IMG/VR virus record: IMGVR_UViG_3300045988_020086
Strand: one strand, 5' to 3'
Source: a virus
Length of the DNA stretch: 50,115 nt
The notes under the pieces are model-generated. The model saw only the letters and a list, made by a program, of their open reading frames with translations. It had not been told where the DNA came from and made no database searches. Shown in pieces: positions 1 to 7,839 of the stretch (its first letter is position 1; the number at the start of each line of letters is the position of its first letter). A program made the translations under genes and the position numbers.

Positions 1-141
1 ATTTCCGAACGTCCATCTTGTAAGCCAGTTTACCACAGATCGGGGGTGATAGTCAAGCGGATACCCCAGCGGGGCCGCACCGCTCAAAGCGGCCCCGCCC
101 CACTACCCCGGCAGCCCGCCGGGGCAAACCTGAAAAGCAAA
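1..141. repeat. Direct terminal repeat (assembly overlap of a circular or terminally redundant genome)
   Basis: nt 1-141 are identical to 49975-50115, giving a unit length of 49,974 bp. Confidence 0.95.
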
Positions 142-155
142 AGGAGATTTGAACC
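57..155 (+). repeat. Early-operon intergenic module, copy 0 (continues from 49951 across the junction)
   Basis: Hairpin GGGGCCGC(71-78)/GCGGCCCC(89-96), then hairpin CCCCGGC(106-112)/GCCGGGG(118-124), then AAAAGGAG-N9-ATG. This copy lacks CACGAAA. Confidence 0.8.
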
Positions 156-503
156 ATGAGAATTTCAAAGAAGATCGCAACCGCCGCCGCTGCTCTGGCA
201 CTTGCCGCCGGGCTGCTGGCCCCCACCGCTGCAGCCGCCTGCCCCTACACCGTCGGCCCTTTGGGGCGGTACATCGCCCCGGCCATTGTGAAAGGCATGA
301 CCGCCACCGATGAAAACCAGATTGAAGTCTGGTGCAGTGACGCGCTGGACGGCGACGACTGGTATTTTCTGGTGGATGCCGAAACCGATCTGCGCATCTT
401 CGACCGGGTCCAGCTGGTTGTGAACGCCAACGGCACCCCGGACGATTTCAGCGACGACACCGTGGAAGATGCCTTTTGGAGCTGCTGCTCCATCGACGAT
501 TGA
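156..503 (+). CDS. Small secreted or lipoprotein-like early protein (115 aa)
   Basis: ATG lies 9 nt after AAAAGGAG. N-terminal signal peptide MRISKKIATAAAALALAAGLLAPTAAAAC with a possible lipobox Cys. Confidence 0.7.
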   Translation: MRISKKIATAAAALALAAGLLAPTAAAACPYTVGPLGRYIAPAIVKGMTATDENQIEVWCSDALDGDDWYFLVDAETDLRIFDRVQLVVNANGTPDDFSDDTVEDAFWSCCSIDD

Positions 504-618
504 CCCCCGCCGGACACCTTAGCAGGGCCGCACCGTAAAGCGACCCCGCCCCACTACCCCGGCAGCCGCCGGGAGATCATCCCGAACACCAACCACAACA
601 CGAAAAGGAGCAAGTACC
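504..618 (+). repeat. Early-operon intergenic module, copy 1
   Basis: CGGACAC..AGCAGGGCCGCACCG-AAAGCG.CCCC hairpin, CCCGGCAGCCGCCGGG hairpin, CACGAAA at 599, AAAAGGAG-N8-ATG. Confidence 0.85.
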
Positions 619-1662
619 ATGAAAGGCATGAGCAATAATCAGATCATCCTCAGCGAGGCCGAGAAGCTGGCCCCCGCCACCCTGCACGCCATCGCCACCG
701 CACACCACACCGCCGCCCAGATCGAAGCCCTGGCCGCTCAGATCACCGTGACTGAGGACGACGGCACCCAGCACCCCGGCACCACCCACGACGCGGAGAT
801 CATGTTGGCAGCCAGCGAGCTGCACACCTTCGACTACTGGAAGAAGGAAGGCAAGAGCGTCAAGCTCCACGAAAAGGCACTGATTGAATGCTACTTGTGG
901 AAGTACACCACGAAACCCAGCAAGGCCCAGCGGGAAGCGGCAGAGGCCGAAGGCAAGGAAGCTGCCCCCGATCCGCATTACTACCCGACAAAATCCCACC
1001 TGTTCAGCTGCCTGCAGGTGCAGGACAGCAAGCCCGCCCCCGCTGGCCGGTTCAGCTCCACCGCTGAGATCATCGCCTATAACAAGAAGCTGGCAGCCGA
1101 ACGCAAGGCCGCCGCAAAAGCAGCAGCAGAGCAGGCCGACACAAAAAACGCGCTGGACGTTCTCAAGCAGACGGAATGCAAGGCAAAGGCCGCTTTTCTG
1201 GCCGTGCCTGAAACCGACCGCAAAGCGCAGGCCGAAGCCCTCAGCGCGTGGCGCAAAGCCCGGCAGGATATAGCAGCCGCCGAGAAGCCCGCAGAGCCCA
1301 CCACGAAACCCGCCCCGGAGATCATCCCCGCCGGCGTGACGGACAAGAAGCCGGGCGGCTGGAAGAAGTGCAGCTTTTACGCTATCTGCACCACTCCGCA
1401 GAATCCCACCAACCACGCGGAGAAGCGGGACGGCTACACCGACGGCGTTTTCAACTACTACGCGCTCCACCTTGGCAAAGCCACGATCTGGTACGCCGTT
1501 CACCCTGCCTACGGTGTCAGCATCGGCCCCGGCCAGAACAGCCGGAGCGCAGCCAAAACCGCAGCGTTTGAACTTCTCGAATCCGTCGCAAAGATGGAGA
1601 AAACCCCCAGCGAACGCCTGAAGAACTGCGCCGCAATGGTCGCCGCCGCACAGAATGCGTGA
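619..1662 (+). CDS. Early protein of unknown function (347 aa)
   Basis: Strong RBS, long ORF, Ala/Lys-rich linker. The segment TFDYWKKEGKSVKLHEKA weakly recalls ArdC-N/DUF1738-type ssDNA-binding domains (unverified). Confidence 0.75.
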   Translation: MKGMSNNQIILSEAEKLAPATLHAIATAHHTAAQIEALAAQITVTEDDGTQHPGTTHDAEIMLAASELHTFDYWKKEGKSVKLHEKALIECYLWKYTTKPSKAQREAAEAEGKEAAPDPHYYPTKSHLFSCLQVQDSKPAPAGRFSSTAEIIAYNKKLAAERKAAAKAAAEQADTKNALDVLKQTECKAKAAFLAVPETDRKAQAEALSAWRKARQDIAAAEKPAEPTTKPAPEIIPAGVTDKKPGGWKKCSFYAICTTPQNPTNHAEKRDGYTDGVFNYYALHLGKATIWYAVHPAYGVSIGPGQNSRSAAKTAAFELLESVAKMEKTPSERLKNCAAMVAAAQNA

Positions 1663-1773
1663 ACACAACCCCGGACATCCCAGCAGGGCCGCACCGCCCA
1701 AAGCGGCCCCACCCCACTTCCCACCGGCAGCCCGCCGGGGGCATATCACGAAACATGAAAAGGAGTAAATACC
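1663..1773 (+). repeat. Early-operon intergenic module, copy 2
   Basis: Same two hairpins as copy 1, CACGAAA at 1747, AAAAGGAG-N8-ATG. Confidence 0.85.
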
Positions 1774-1956
1774 ATGAAAAAGTTTAACAACATCTTCGAG
1801 CAGATCAACGTGGAACTCCCCGCACTGTGGAAGATCCAGACCCTGCGCACCGAAATTCGGCTCAGCCCCTGCAAGGCCGCGGAACTTCAACCGCAGATCG
1901 ACGCGGCCCGGCTTACCGTCATCTGTGCCCGCCGCGGCTACCTGTACACCGCCTGA
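1774..1956 (+). CDS. Small early protein (60 aa)
   Basis: RBS AAAAGGAG-N8-ATG; flanked by modules on both sides. Confidence 0.6.
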   Translation: MKKFNNIFEQINVELPALWKIQTLRTEIRLSPCKAAELQPQIDAARLTVICARRGYLYTA

Positions 1957-2064
1957 CCCACCGCCGGACACTCTAGCAGGGTTGCACCGCCCAAAGCAGC
2001 CCCGCCCCATCGCCCCGGCAGCCCGCCGGGGAGCATACCACGAAACGAAAAGGAGATGCACACC
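1957..2064 (+). repeat. Early-operon intergenic module, copy 3
   Basis: Hairpin 1 is GGGTTGC(1979-1985)/GCAGCCC(1996-2002), i.e. changes on both arms that keep pairing. CACGAAA at 2039. Confidence 0.85.
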
Positions 2065-2637
2065 ATGACAGCATATCAACAGACCCACCAGCGCACCGCA
2101 TGGCTCCACTACGAGGGCAGCGACTACAACGGGCGGCAGATCGTCGTGGACGTGGCCGAGATCACCCCGGGCCGCTTCACCGTCGCCGCACTGGATGCCG
2201 AAGGGAACGAGATCGAGAGCGACGAGGTGGAAGACCTGGACACCGCCCGCCGCCTGTATGGGGAACTGTTCCGCCGCCTCACCGAGAAGCCCGCCACGAA
2301 ACCGCTTTCCGGCAAATACGCCAAGCTGCGGGATGACCTGCGGGCCGCGCTGGAAGCCGGACGCAACGCCGAACACGAAAACCCGGAAGACGGCGGCACC
2401 TGTAACTTTGATTCCGTCGCCCTCAGTCTTCCCCGCTGGCAGGCGGCAAAGGTGGAGCAGGCCGCCAAGGAAGCGGGCACGAGCTGCTTTTCTTGGGACC
2501 TGTTCGGGGGCCGTCGGTGGGTCTTCGGGCCGGACACCAGAGCGCAGGGCAACGCCCGCACACGAAACGCCGAAGCAATGACCCGGGCACTTGCCGGGAT
2601 GGGCTATCAGGCCATGGACTATTGCCAGATGGATTAA
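2065..2637 (+). CDS. Early protein of unknown function (190 aa)
   Basis: The start was moved to the second ATG (MTAYQQ), 9 nt after AAAAGGAG, because the track start at 2056 abuts the RBS. Acidic N-terminal half; C-terminal GTCNFDS..QGNARTRNAEAM segment. Confidence 0.7.
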   Translation: MTAYQQTHQRTAWLHYEGSDYNGRQIVVDVAEITPGRFTVAALDAEGNEIESDEVEDLDTARRLYGELFRRLTEKPATKPLSGKYAKLRDDLRAALEAGRNAEHENPEDGGTCNFDSVALSLPRWQAAKVEQAAKEAGTSCFSWDLFGGRRWVFGPDTRAQGNARTRNAEAMTRALAGMGYQAMDYCQMD

Positions 2638-2739
2638 ACGGACACCTTGACGGGCCGCACCGCAAAGCGACCCGATCCCACCGCCCCGGCAGCCCGCCGG
2701 GAGTATCACGAAATCCAACACGAAAAGGAGATACACGAA
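2638..2739 (+). repeat. Early-operon intergenic module, copy 4
   Basis: Same two hairpins; three CACGAAA copies (2707, 2719, 2734); AAAAGGAG-N9-ATG. Confidence 0.85.
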
Positions 2740-3675
2740 ATGCGTACTTACACCATCAACGAATCTGCCGCCCGCCTCTCTCACGAAATGCGGTCCTTCG
2801 ACGACTACGAGAAGGGCAGCGCAACCGCTGGCTACAATGCCGACGTTGCCGAGGCTGCCGCCATCCTGGAACGGGTCAAAGCCCTGTGCAGCACCGAGGC
2901 CCAGAAGGAACACGCCGAGTTTCTGTTTGACCGCTACGCCAAGACGCTGGCCGAAGCCATCAACCGAGACAACGAGATCGGCACCCGCTGCCCCAGCGTG
3001 ATGATCTGCGGGGCTGGCAACTTCCCGACCCGGAAGAAGGAGAAGCAGGTCAAAGCATGGGAAGCCAATCACGAAACCTTCCGCAAGGCGGAACACTATC
3101 TTGATCTGCTCAAGACCGCCCACACCCTCACCGTCAAGAGCAATGACCCCGAGGTGCTGGACTATCTCCGGGAGAAGCTGGCCGGGCTGGAAGCCGGGCA
3201 CGAAATGATGGTTTCCGCCAATGCCTATTACCGCAAAAACAAAACGCTGGACGGTTTCGATGGCATCCCCGCCGACACTATGGCATGGATCACGAAACCG
3301 AAGGTCTACCCCGCAGGCGGGCGGAACGGCGACGGGTCCCCGCTGCAGTTCCACGGCAAGCCCTTCCCGACCTACGCCCTCAGCAACAGCAACGCCAACA
3401 TCAAGCGGGTAAAGGAGCGGATCACGAAATTGGAAGCCGCCAAAGCCGCCGCCCCGGTGGAAGAAGAGCGCAGCGGCTACACCTACCGGGAAGACACCGA
3501 AGCCATGCGGGTGCAGCTGATCTTCGACGGCAAGCCCGATGACGAGACCCGCGAACTGTTGAAACGGAACGGTTTCCGCTGGTCTCCCCGCAACAGCGCA
3601 TGGCAGCGGCAGCTCACCGCAAACGGAAAGTATGCCGCACATCAGGTGATGGACGTTCTCGACGGCAACGTATAA
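2740..3675 (+). CDS. Early protein with a C-terminal GFRWSP module (311 aa)
   Basis: ATG lies after the RBS (the track start at 2647 is a TTG inside the module). The C-terminal segment LKRNGFRWSPRNSAWQRQL resembles the GF(R/K)W(S/A)P module of DUF3560-type proteins from mobile elements (recollection, unverified). Confidence 0.7.
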   Translation: MRTYTINESAARLSHEMRSFDDYEKGSATAGYNADVAEAAAILERVKALCSTEAQKEHAEFLFDRYAKTLAEAINRDNEIGTRCPSVMICGAGNFPTRKKEKQVKAWEANHETFRKAEHYLDLLKTAHTLTVKSNDPEVLDYLREKLAGLEAGHEMMVSANAYYRKNKTLDGFDGIPADTMAWITKPKVYPAGGRNGDGSPLQFHGKPFPTYALSNSNANIKRVKERITKLEAAKAAAPVEEERSGYTYREDTEAMRVQLIFDGKPDDETRELLKRNGFRWSPRNSAWQRQLTANGKYAAHQVMDVLDGNV

Positions 3676-3794
3676 CACGAAATCGGACACTCTGGCAGGG
3701 CAAGCACCGTAAAGCAGCCCCGCCCCACTACCCCGGCAGCCGCCGGGAGATCATCCCGAACACCAACCATAACACGAAAAGGAGCTGTCACGAA
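3676..3794 (+). repeat. Early-operon intergenic module, copy 5
   Basis: Near-identical to copy 1 over its 3' half; CACGAAA at 3676, 3773 and 3789. Confidence 0.85.
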
Positions 3795-4064
3795 ATGAAA
3801 CTGAAAGAGACCCGCATTCTGGACGCTGAGGGCGCACGTTACGCCTGCATTGCCAATAACTACTGCACCCGGTGCGATTGTGAAGAATACGACCGCATCT
3901 TGAACGATGCAGCCGAGAGCAGCCGCAAGCCGGGCGGCATCACGGCGGACGATCTGGCCCGCATCGCCGAGGCCATCAAAGCCCGCAGCGAAACGGACGA
4001 CGATGTGCCCGCCATCGCCTTTGCGCTGTCCCGCCGCACCGTCTCCCACTTCACCGAAGCCTGA
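3795..4064 (+). CDS. Small early protein (89 aa)
   Basis: AAAAGGAG-N10-ATG; internal start of track ORF 3600..4064. Confidence 0.65.
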   Translation: MKLKETRILDAEGARYACIANNYCTRCDCEEYDRILNDAAESSRKPGGITADDLARIAEAIKARSETDDDVPAIAFALSRRTVSHFTEA

Positions 4065-4104
4065 GCCGCCGCCCAGCACGAAACACGAAAGGAAGGATTC
4101 GAGT

Positions 4105-4323
4105 ATGAAAACCTATACCCGCCACAGCATTGCAGGATGGGACGTTTACACGGACGATGAAACCGGGCGCGTCCACCATCTCGTTGACCCGGATTCCAAC
4201 GACCCGCGCACCCTGTATCCCTACATTCCCGCCGCCGGGGGTGGATGGGATAACGCCTGCGGCAGTCTGACGCTCTCCGCCCTGCGCGGCCGCATGGCAC
4301 GAAACACCATCCGCTTTGCCTGA
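4105..4323 (+). CDS. Small early protein (72 aa)
   Basis: RBS GAAAGGAAGG-N8-ATG; internal start of track ORF 3907..4323. Confidence 0.6.
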   Translation: MKTYTRHSIAGWDVYTDDETGRVHHLVDPDSNDPRTLYPYIPAAGGGWDNACGSLTLSALRGRMARNTIRFA

Positions 4324-4331
4324 TTTCTGCG

Positions 4332-4358
4332 CCCCGGCCACCCGCCGGGGATTTTGTG
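4332..4358 (+). terminator. Intrinsic-terminator-like hairpin inside the early block
   Basis: CCCCGGC-CACCC-GCCGGGG followed by ATTTTGT. Confidence 0.5.
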
Positions 4359-4389
4359 GGATTCCACACGAAATCTTTCTTGCGTTTTA

Positions 4390-4418
4390 TTGCTTTTCTT
4401 TGCGTTTTGCCCTATCAT
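4390..4418 (+). promoter_or_regulatory. Candidate sigma70-type promoter for the distal early genes
   Basis: TTGCTT(4390-4395)-17 nt-TATCAT(4413-4418) in an AT-rich gap after the hairpin. Confidence 0.4.
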
Positions 4419-4464
4419 GGTTGTAACGAAATCCAGTAACAAAAACAGACAAGGAGGTATTCTC

Positions 4465-5349
4465 ATGTATACGATTCCTGCATTTGGCCCTTGGCCTGAA
4501 CAGAACGCCGGACCCGACGAAGAAAAGCGGCTGAACAGTGCCCAGCAGAGCAAGATCAGCCCCACCAGCATTGACCGGGAACACGAAACCGGGGTTTTCT
4601 ACGGCTCCGGCAAGCTGCCCTATCAGACCAGCCTTGCCGCCTGCACCTGCAACGATTTTGTGAAACGGAAAAAGCCCTGCAAGCATATCTATCGCCTTGC
4701 TATGGAGCTTGGGATCATCCCTCTGGACTATAAGACGGGCAGGAGCAGCGGCGAACGGAACGAAGCACAGATCAGCTTTGAGGACAGCATTGCCCTTGTG
4801 GAGCAGCTTTCCGAGGCTGCGCAAAAGCACATCGAAAATATGCTGTACTACACCAGCGATCGGGTAGACGACCGCCAGCGGGCTGTTACCTGCTATGATC
4901 TCGATCTCGCCGATGAACTGCGCACGTCGCCCCTGCTGCACGAAAATCCTTACCCCCTGGCCGAACAGCTTTCTAAGCTCTCGAAACCAGCTTTGGTAAT
5001 GACCTTGGATGCCATCCACCGCGATGACAAGCCCCGCCGCAACGCCGCCAAAGACAAAATTGCGGCATGGATCGCCGAAAACGTGCCCATGCTGGCAAAC
5101 GAGCTGCCGCCATGTGTGTCCTTCTCCTTCGTGGAGGTGTTCGACAAGGCCCAGCGGGACGTTTACAAGTATCTGCGCCGCAAGTATGAGATGGAAACAG
5201 ACTGGTGCACCGGGCTTGAATATCCCGCCGGGGCAGGTCTCCCCAACGAAAACGAACTTGTGTTTTACTTCCCGGAAGATCGTGTGACTGCCGCTCTCAC
5301 GAAATACGGCTGCAATCGCTGCCTGCATGGGTACATCCCCACGAAATAA
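4465..5349 (+). CDS. SWIM-type zinc-finger protein (294 aa)
   Basis: RBS AAGGAGG-N7-ATG. CxC..CxH signature CTCNDFVKRKKPCKHIYRL. Confidence 0.7.
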   Translation: MYTIPAFGPWPEQNAGPDEEKRLNSAQQSKISPTSIDREHETGVFYGSGKLPYQTSLAACTCNDFVKRKKPCKHIYRLAMELGIIPLDYKTGRSSGERNEAQISFEDSIALVEQLSEAAQKHIENMLYYTSDRVDDRQRAVTCYDLDLADELRTSPLLHENPYPLAEQLSKLSKPALVMTLDAIHRDDKPRRNAAKDKIAAWIAENVPMLANELPPCVSFSFVEVFDKAQRDVYKYLRRKYEMETDWCTGLEYPAGAGLPNENELVFYFPEDRVTAALTKYGCNRCLHGYIPTK

Positions 5350-5352
5350 ACT

Positions 5353-5847
5353 GTGCAAAAATGCACATTGGCGGCTAAGAATGCCATTTCCGCATATTTA
5401 ACCCGCTTTTTTGATACAAAACCTACAATTTATGGACTTAACTGCCCAAAAGGAGGTATTTCTACGAACGACGCAGAGTTTTTCGCCCCGTGGCGGCTGG
5501 TTGCCGCCTTTGCAGACGGCTCCCGCCTGACCTTCGACGGATTGACCGAAGAACAGGCCAAGGACGCAATGGAGGCCGCCCAGGAAGAGCACGGCGATAT
5601 TGGCTACTGGAACCGGGTCACGGATCAGAACTACGAGGACGGCAGATACTACAAACTGATTCCCGAGCCGCCCGCCGTGCATATCGTGGACTTCACCGGG
5701 TACGATGGGTCACTTGACGAGAACGGTTTCCCCGTCGGGCTGCCGGACGAGATTGCCCGGTATGCACAGGAGCAGGGAGCCGCCCCGGATGCCCCGCAGA
5801 TCATCCTCAAGCGCAACGCGCCCAACGAAAAGGAGGACAAGCAATGA
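5353..5847 (+). CDS. Hypothetical early protein; start uncertain
   Basis: The track start is GTG inside the palindrome TGTGCAAAAATGCACA. A strong AAAGGAGG at about 5449 has no canonical in-frame start close behind it. Confidence 0.5.
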   Translation: MQKCTLAAKNAISAYLTRFFDTKPTIYGLNCPKGGISTNDAEFFAPWRLVAAFADGSRLTFDGLTEEQAKDAMEAAQEEHGDIGYWNRVTDQNYEDGRYYKLIPEPPAVHIVDFTGYDGSLDENGFPVGLPDEIARYAQEQGAAPDAPQIILKRNAPNEKEDKQ

Positions 5848-6122
5848 GCCACATTCTCCCGGAAGCTCAATCGGTTATTGACCAACTGAAGCACGACTTT
5901 GTAAAAAACTGCACCCCTGCCTTGGAGCAATTCCAGCTGGATCAGAACGTACAGCAGGCGGAAGCTGCCGTGAAGCTAAAATATTGCATGATGCACGGTC
6001 TTTCTCCCGATGAAGTCACCGTGTCCAGTAGCGAAGACGAACACGGTGTCCGCACCTTCACCATCACCGAAACCCCATCCACGCAAATGGTTGACATAAC
6101 CTTTACCGTCCCCACAGAGTAA
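5844..6122 (+). CDS. Small early protein (92 aa)
   Basis: ATGA overlap with the upstream stop; last gene before the terminator. Confidence 0.6.
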   Translation: MSHILPEAQSVIDQLKHDFVKNCTPALEQFQLDQNVQQAEAAVKLKYCMMHGLSPDEVTVSSSEDEHGVRTFTITETPSTQMVDITFTVPTE

Positions 6123-6125
6123 CGA

Positions 6126-6158
6126 AAAGCCCGCCGGGTCCATGACCTGACGGGCTTT
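6126..6158. terminator. Bidirectional terminator between the convergent blocks
   Basis: AAAGCCCG...CGGGCTTT stem with T-rich flanks on both strands. Confidence 0.6.
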
Positions 6159-6165
6159 CTCAATT

Positions 6166-6498
6166 TTATGCTTGTTCTCCCAAGATTATTTTCTGCATTT
6201 CCTTCTCGGTCTTCCAGGTCAGCGGGTATGCAACCTCTGTGCATTCCCACCCATCCGGCGTTCCCTCGTCCTCGTCAAACACGAACTGCAAATAAGCATG
6301 AGGGTTTTCATCGTCTTCATCCGGGATAAGTGCGCTTACGCTGTTAAAGCACGGCACCCCCTTGAAGCTGTACGTCGCAGGGTGTTCCTCGTCAGCCGGG
6401 CGCATCATGCTCTCTGCGATGCTTTGCAGAATCGGCCCACGTTCGAGAACCTGCTTTTTTGTGATCGTACACCTCGGATTGTCACACCATTTGCACAT
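6166..6498 (-). CDS. Hypothetical Cys-rich protein (110 aa)
   Basis: Start re-picked at MCKWC, 7 nt after GGAGGG. Confidence 0.55.
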   Translation of the reverse strand: MCKWCDNPRCTITKKQVLERGPILQSIAESMMRPADEEHPATYSFKGVPCFNSVSALIPDEDDENPHAYLQFVFDEDEGTPDGWECTEVAYPLTWKTEKEMQKIILGEQA

Positions 6499-6669
6499 AA
6501 ATTTGCCCTCCAAAATTTCAGATTTCACAAAACCCGGCAGGCCGCACAGCCCGCCGGGTATTTCTTGCCAACTTTTCCACATTTCCGGGTAGTCATGTTT
6601 GTTTTTCTGCGCCGGGTGGACACAATTTGCGGAAGCTCGTTTGCGTGAGGCTCTGACGGTCGATCTTCC

Positions 6670-7197
6670 CTATAAGAGAATATCACCTTCAACCCATGCG
6701 TCAGCCCGGGGCAGGGTCTCGCGCACGTTATACGCGCGTGATAGTAAGGCGGGGCACTCGGGCAGCCGTTCCATGCCCCGGCCAAAGGCCAGCAAAGCCA
6801 CGTTCCGAAGCCGTTTCAAATGCTGGATGCTGTATCCCGCATCGACCTGCACTTCTGCCCATTTTTTGTGGCCGATGTAGTATTCTGTCAGGATCAGATT
6901 GTGGACACTGTCCAGGCGGTCAATTTGTCCCCGAATCAAAGCCTCGTCGGACTTCAAAAGAGCCTGCTGACGTTCCAGACTGCGCAGCCTGTCGCCAATG
7001 CCCAGATCATCCATCTTGCAAGCCATCGCCGCGGTGCTGTCACCGGGCAGCCCGCCGCCGGGCATACCGTCCATGTTGATGCCTTTCAGCGTGTCTACTT
7101 CGTCGTCCAGAGTGGCACACTGGCGGCGGATGATCGTAAGCCGACGGGGAATATCTGCGCAGTATTTCAAAATTGCTTCCGCCTCGTGTGTCTTCAT
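6670..7197 (-). CDS. Sigma-70 region-4-like / DUF1492-ArpU-like transcription regulator (candidate late activator)
   Basis: INMDGMPGGG motif followed by the HTH-like segment ILTEYYIGHKKWAEVQVDAGYSIQHLKRLRNVALLAF. Confidence 0.6.
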   Translation of the reverse strand: MKTHEAEAILKYCADIPRRLTIIRRQCATLDDEVDTLKGINMDGMPGGGLPGDSTAAMACKMDDLGIGDRLRSLERQQALLKSDEALIRGQIDRLDSVHNLILTEYYIGHKKWAEVQVDAGYSIQHLKRLRNVALLAFGRGMERLPECPALLSRAYNVRETLPRADAWVEGDILL

Positions 7198-7215
7198 GCT
7201 CTGCCTCCCGAAAAA

Positions 7216-7839
7216 TTAAAACTCGCTGCCGAAGATGGGGCCTTGCCCGTTCACCCGCTCAACCATAGCCCCCACGCCGTAGATGTCCTCCACCACACGG
7301 CGCAGCTTCTCGTAAGCCACCATCTCGCCATCTTCGGACCACCCAAGGAACTGCTCGAAGTTTGAGCAGGTCTCCTGCATGACAGCGGCAATCTGCTCCA
7401 CGGTATAGCTCATGTCGTGCAGGGCTTCCACGCAATACCGGGCCACCATGTCGGCAGCATCCCGGCGTTCGGCAAGGATTTCCCGCTCATTGGCCGTCTT
7501 GCCCAGCTTGCCCGCCGGGAGTAAGAACCGCTCAACCATCAGCGGCGTGGTGCGGTCTTCCAGTGCAATGCGGGCTTTCCGTGCCCCCCGTTTGTCCCGG
7601 TCAAGGGTGTACCGTTCCGCTGCATTGTTCATCTTGACGGTCAGGACAGCGGCGTTTCCTGCGTCGAAGTTCAGAATGTCGCGCGCCGCTGCTACAAAGC
7701 AGTAGGACACGACCTGCCCAATAGCTTCCCGGTTCAGCGATGCCGCCGTTTTGGTTTTGCCCAGGTTGATTTGCCGATTCACGGCGTTCTGGATGCTCTG
7801 TCGGTAGTACGAGGGCACCCTTGCTCTGCTTTTGCCCAT
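7216..7839 (-). CDS. Hypothetical protein (207 aa)
   Basis: Start at MGKSRA after GGGAAAGGAA. Confidence 0.6.
   Translation of the reverse strand: MGKSRARVPSYYRQSIQNAVNRQINLGKTKTAASLNREAIGQVVSYCFVAAARDILNFDAGNAAVLTVKMNNAAERYTLDRDKRGARKARIALEDRTTPLMVERFLLPAGKLGKTANEREILAERRDAADMVARYCVEALHDMSYTVEQIAAVMQETCSNFEQFLGWSEDGEMVAYEKLRRVVEDIYGVGAMVERVNGQGPIFGSEF

Larger units (their letters stand above)
599..5346 (+). repeat. Dispersed array of 27 copies of the strand-specific heptamer CACGAAA
   Basis: Counted by eye at 599, 909, 1302, 1747, 2039, 2295, 2374, 2561, 2707, 2719, 2734, 2782, 3070, 3199, 3291, 3423, 3676, 3773, 3789, 4077, 4084, 4298, 4367, 4582, 4939, 5298, 5340. Confidence 0.8.

Noticed and set aside
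577-3690. 1037-aa ORF on the - strand covering the early genes. There are similar long antisense ORFs elsewhere, for example 24676-26769 +, 27322-28893 +, 31155-32387 +, 35941-37386 +, 39333-40571 +, 40611-42092 + and 41923-43371 +.
   Set aside because: These are mirror-frame artefacts of GC-rich coding DNA. They are Gly/Arg/Pro/Val-rich and low in complexity, have no RBS, and lie antisense to genes with clear family signatures.
57-3794. CRISPR-like array formed by the repeated intergenic modules.
   Set aside because: The repeats are ~95 nt and imperfect. The 'spacers' are 180-1040 bp protein-coding genes with RBSs, and no cas genes are present.
4376-4410. Shared CTTGCGTTTT decamer, tandemly duplicated both here and at 19941-19970, considered as a common operator.
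   Set aside because: Identical 10-mers are expected many times by chance among all position pairs in 50 kb. The 19.9-kb copy is already explained as the arm of a terminator stem.
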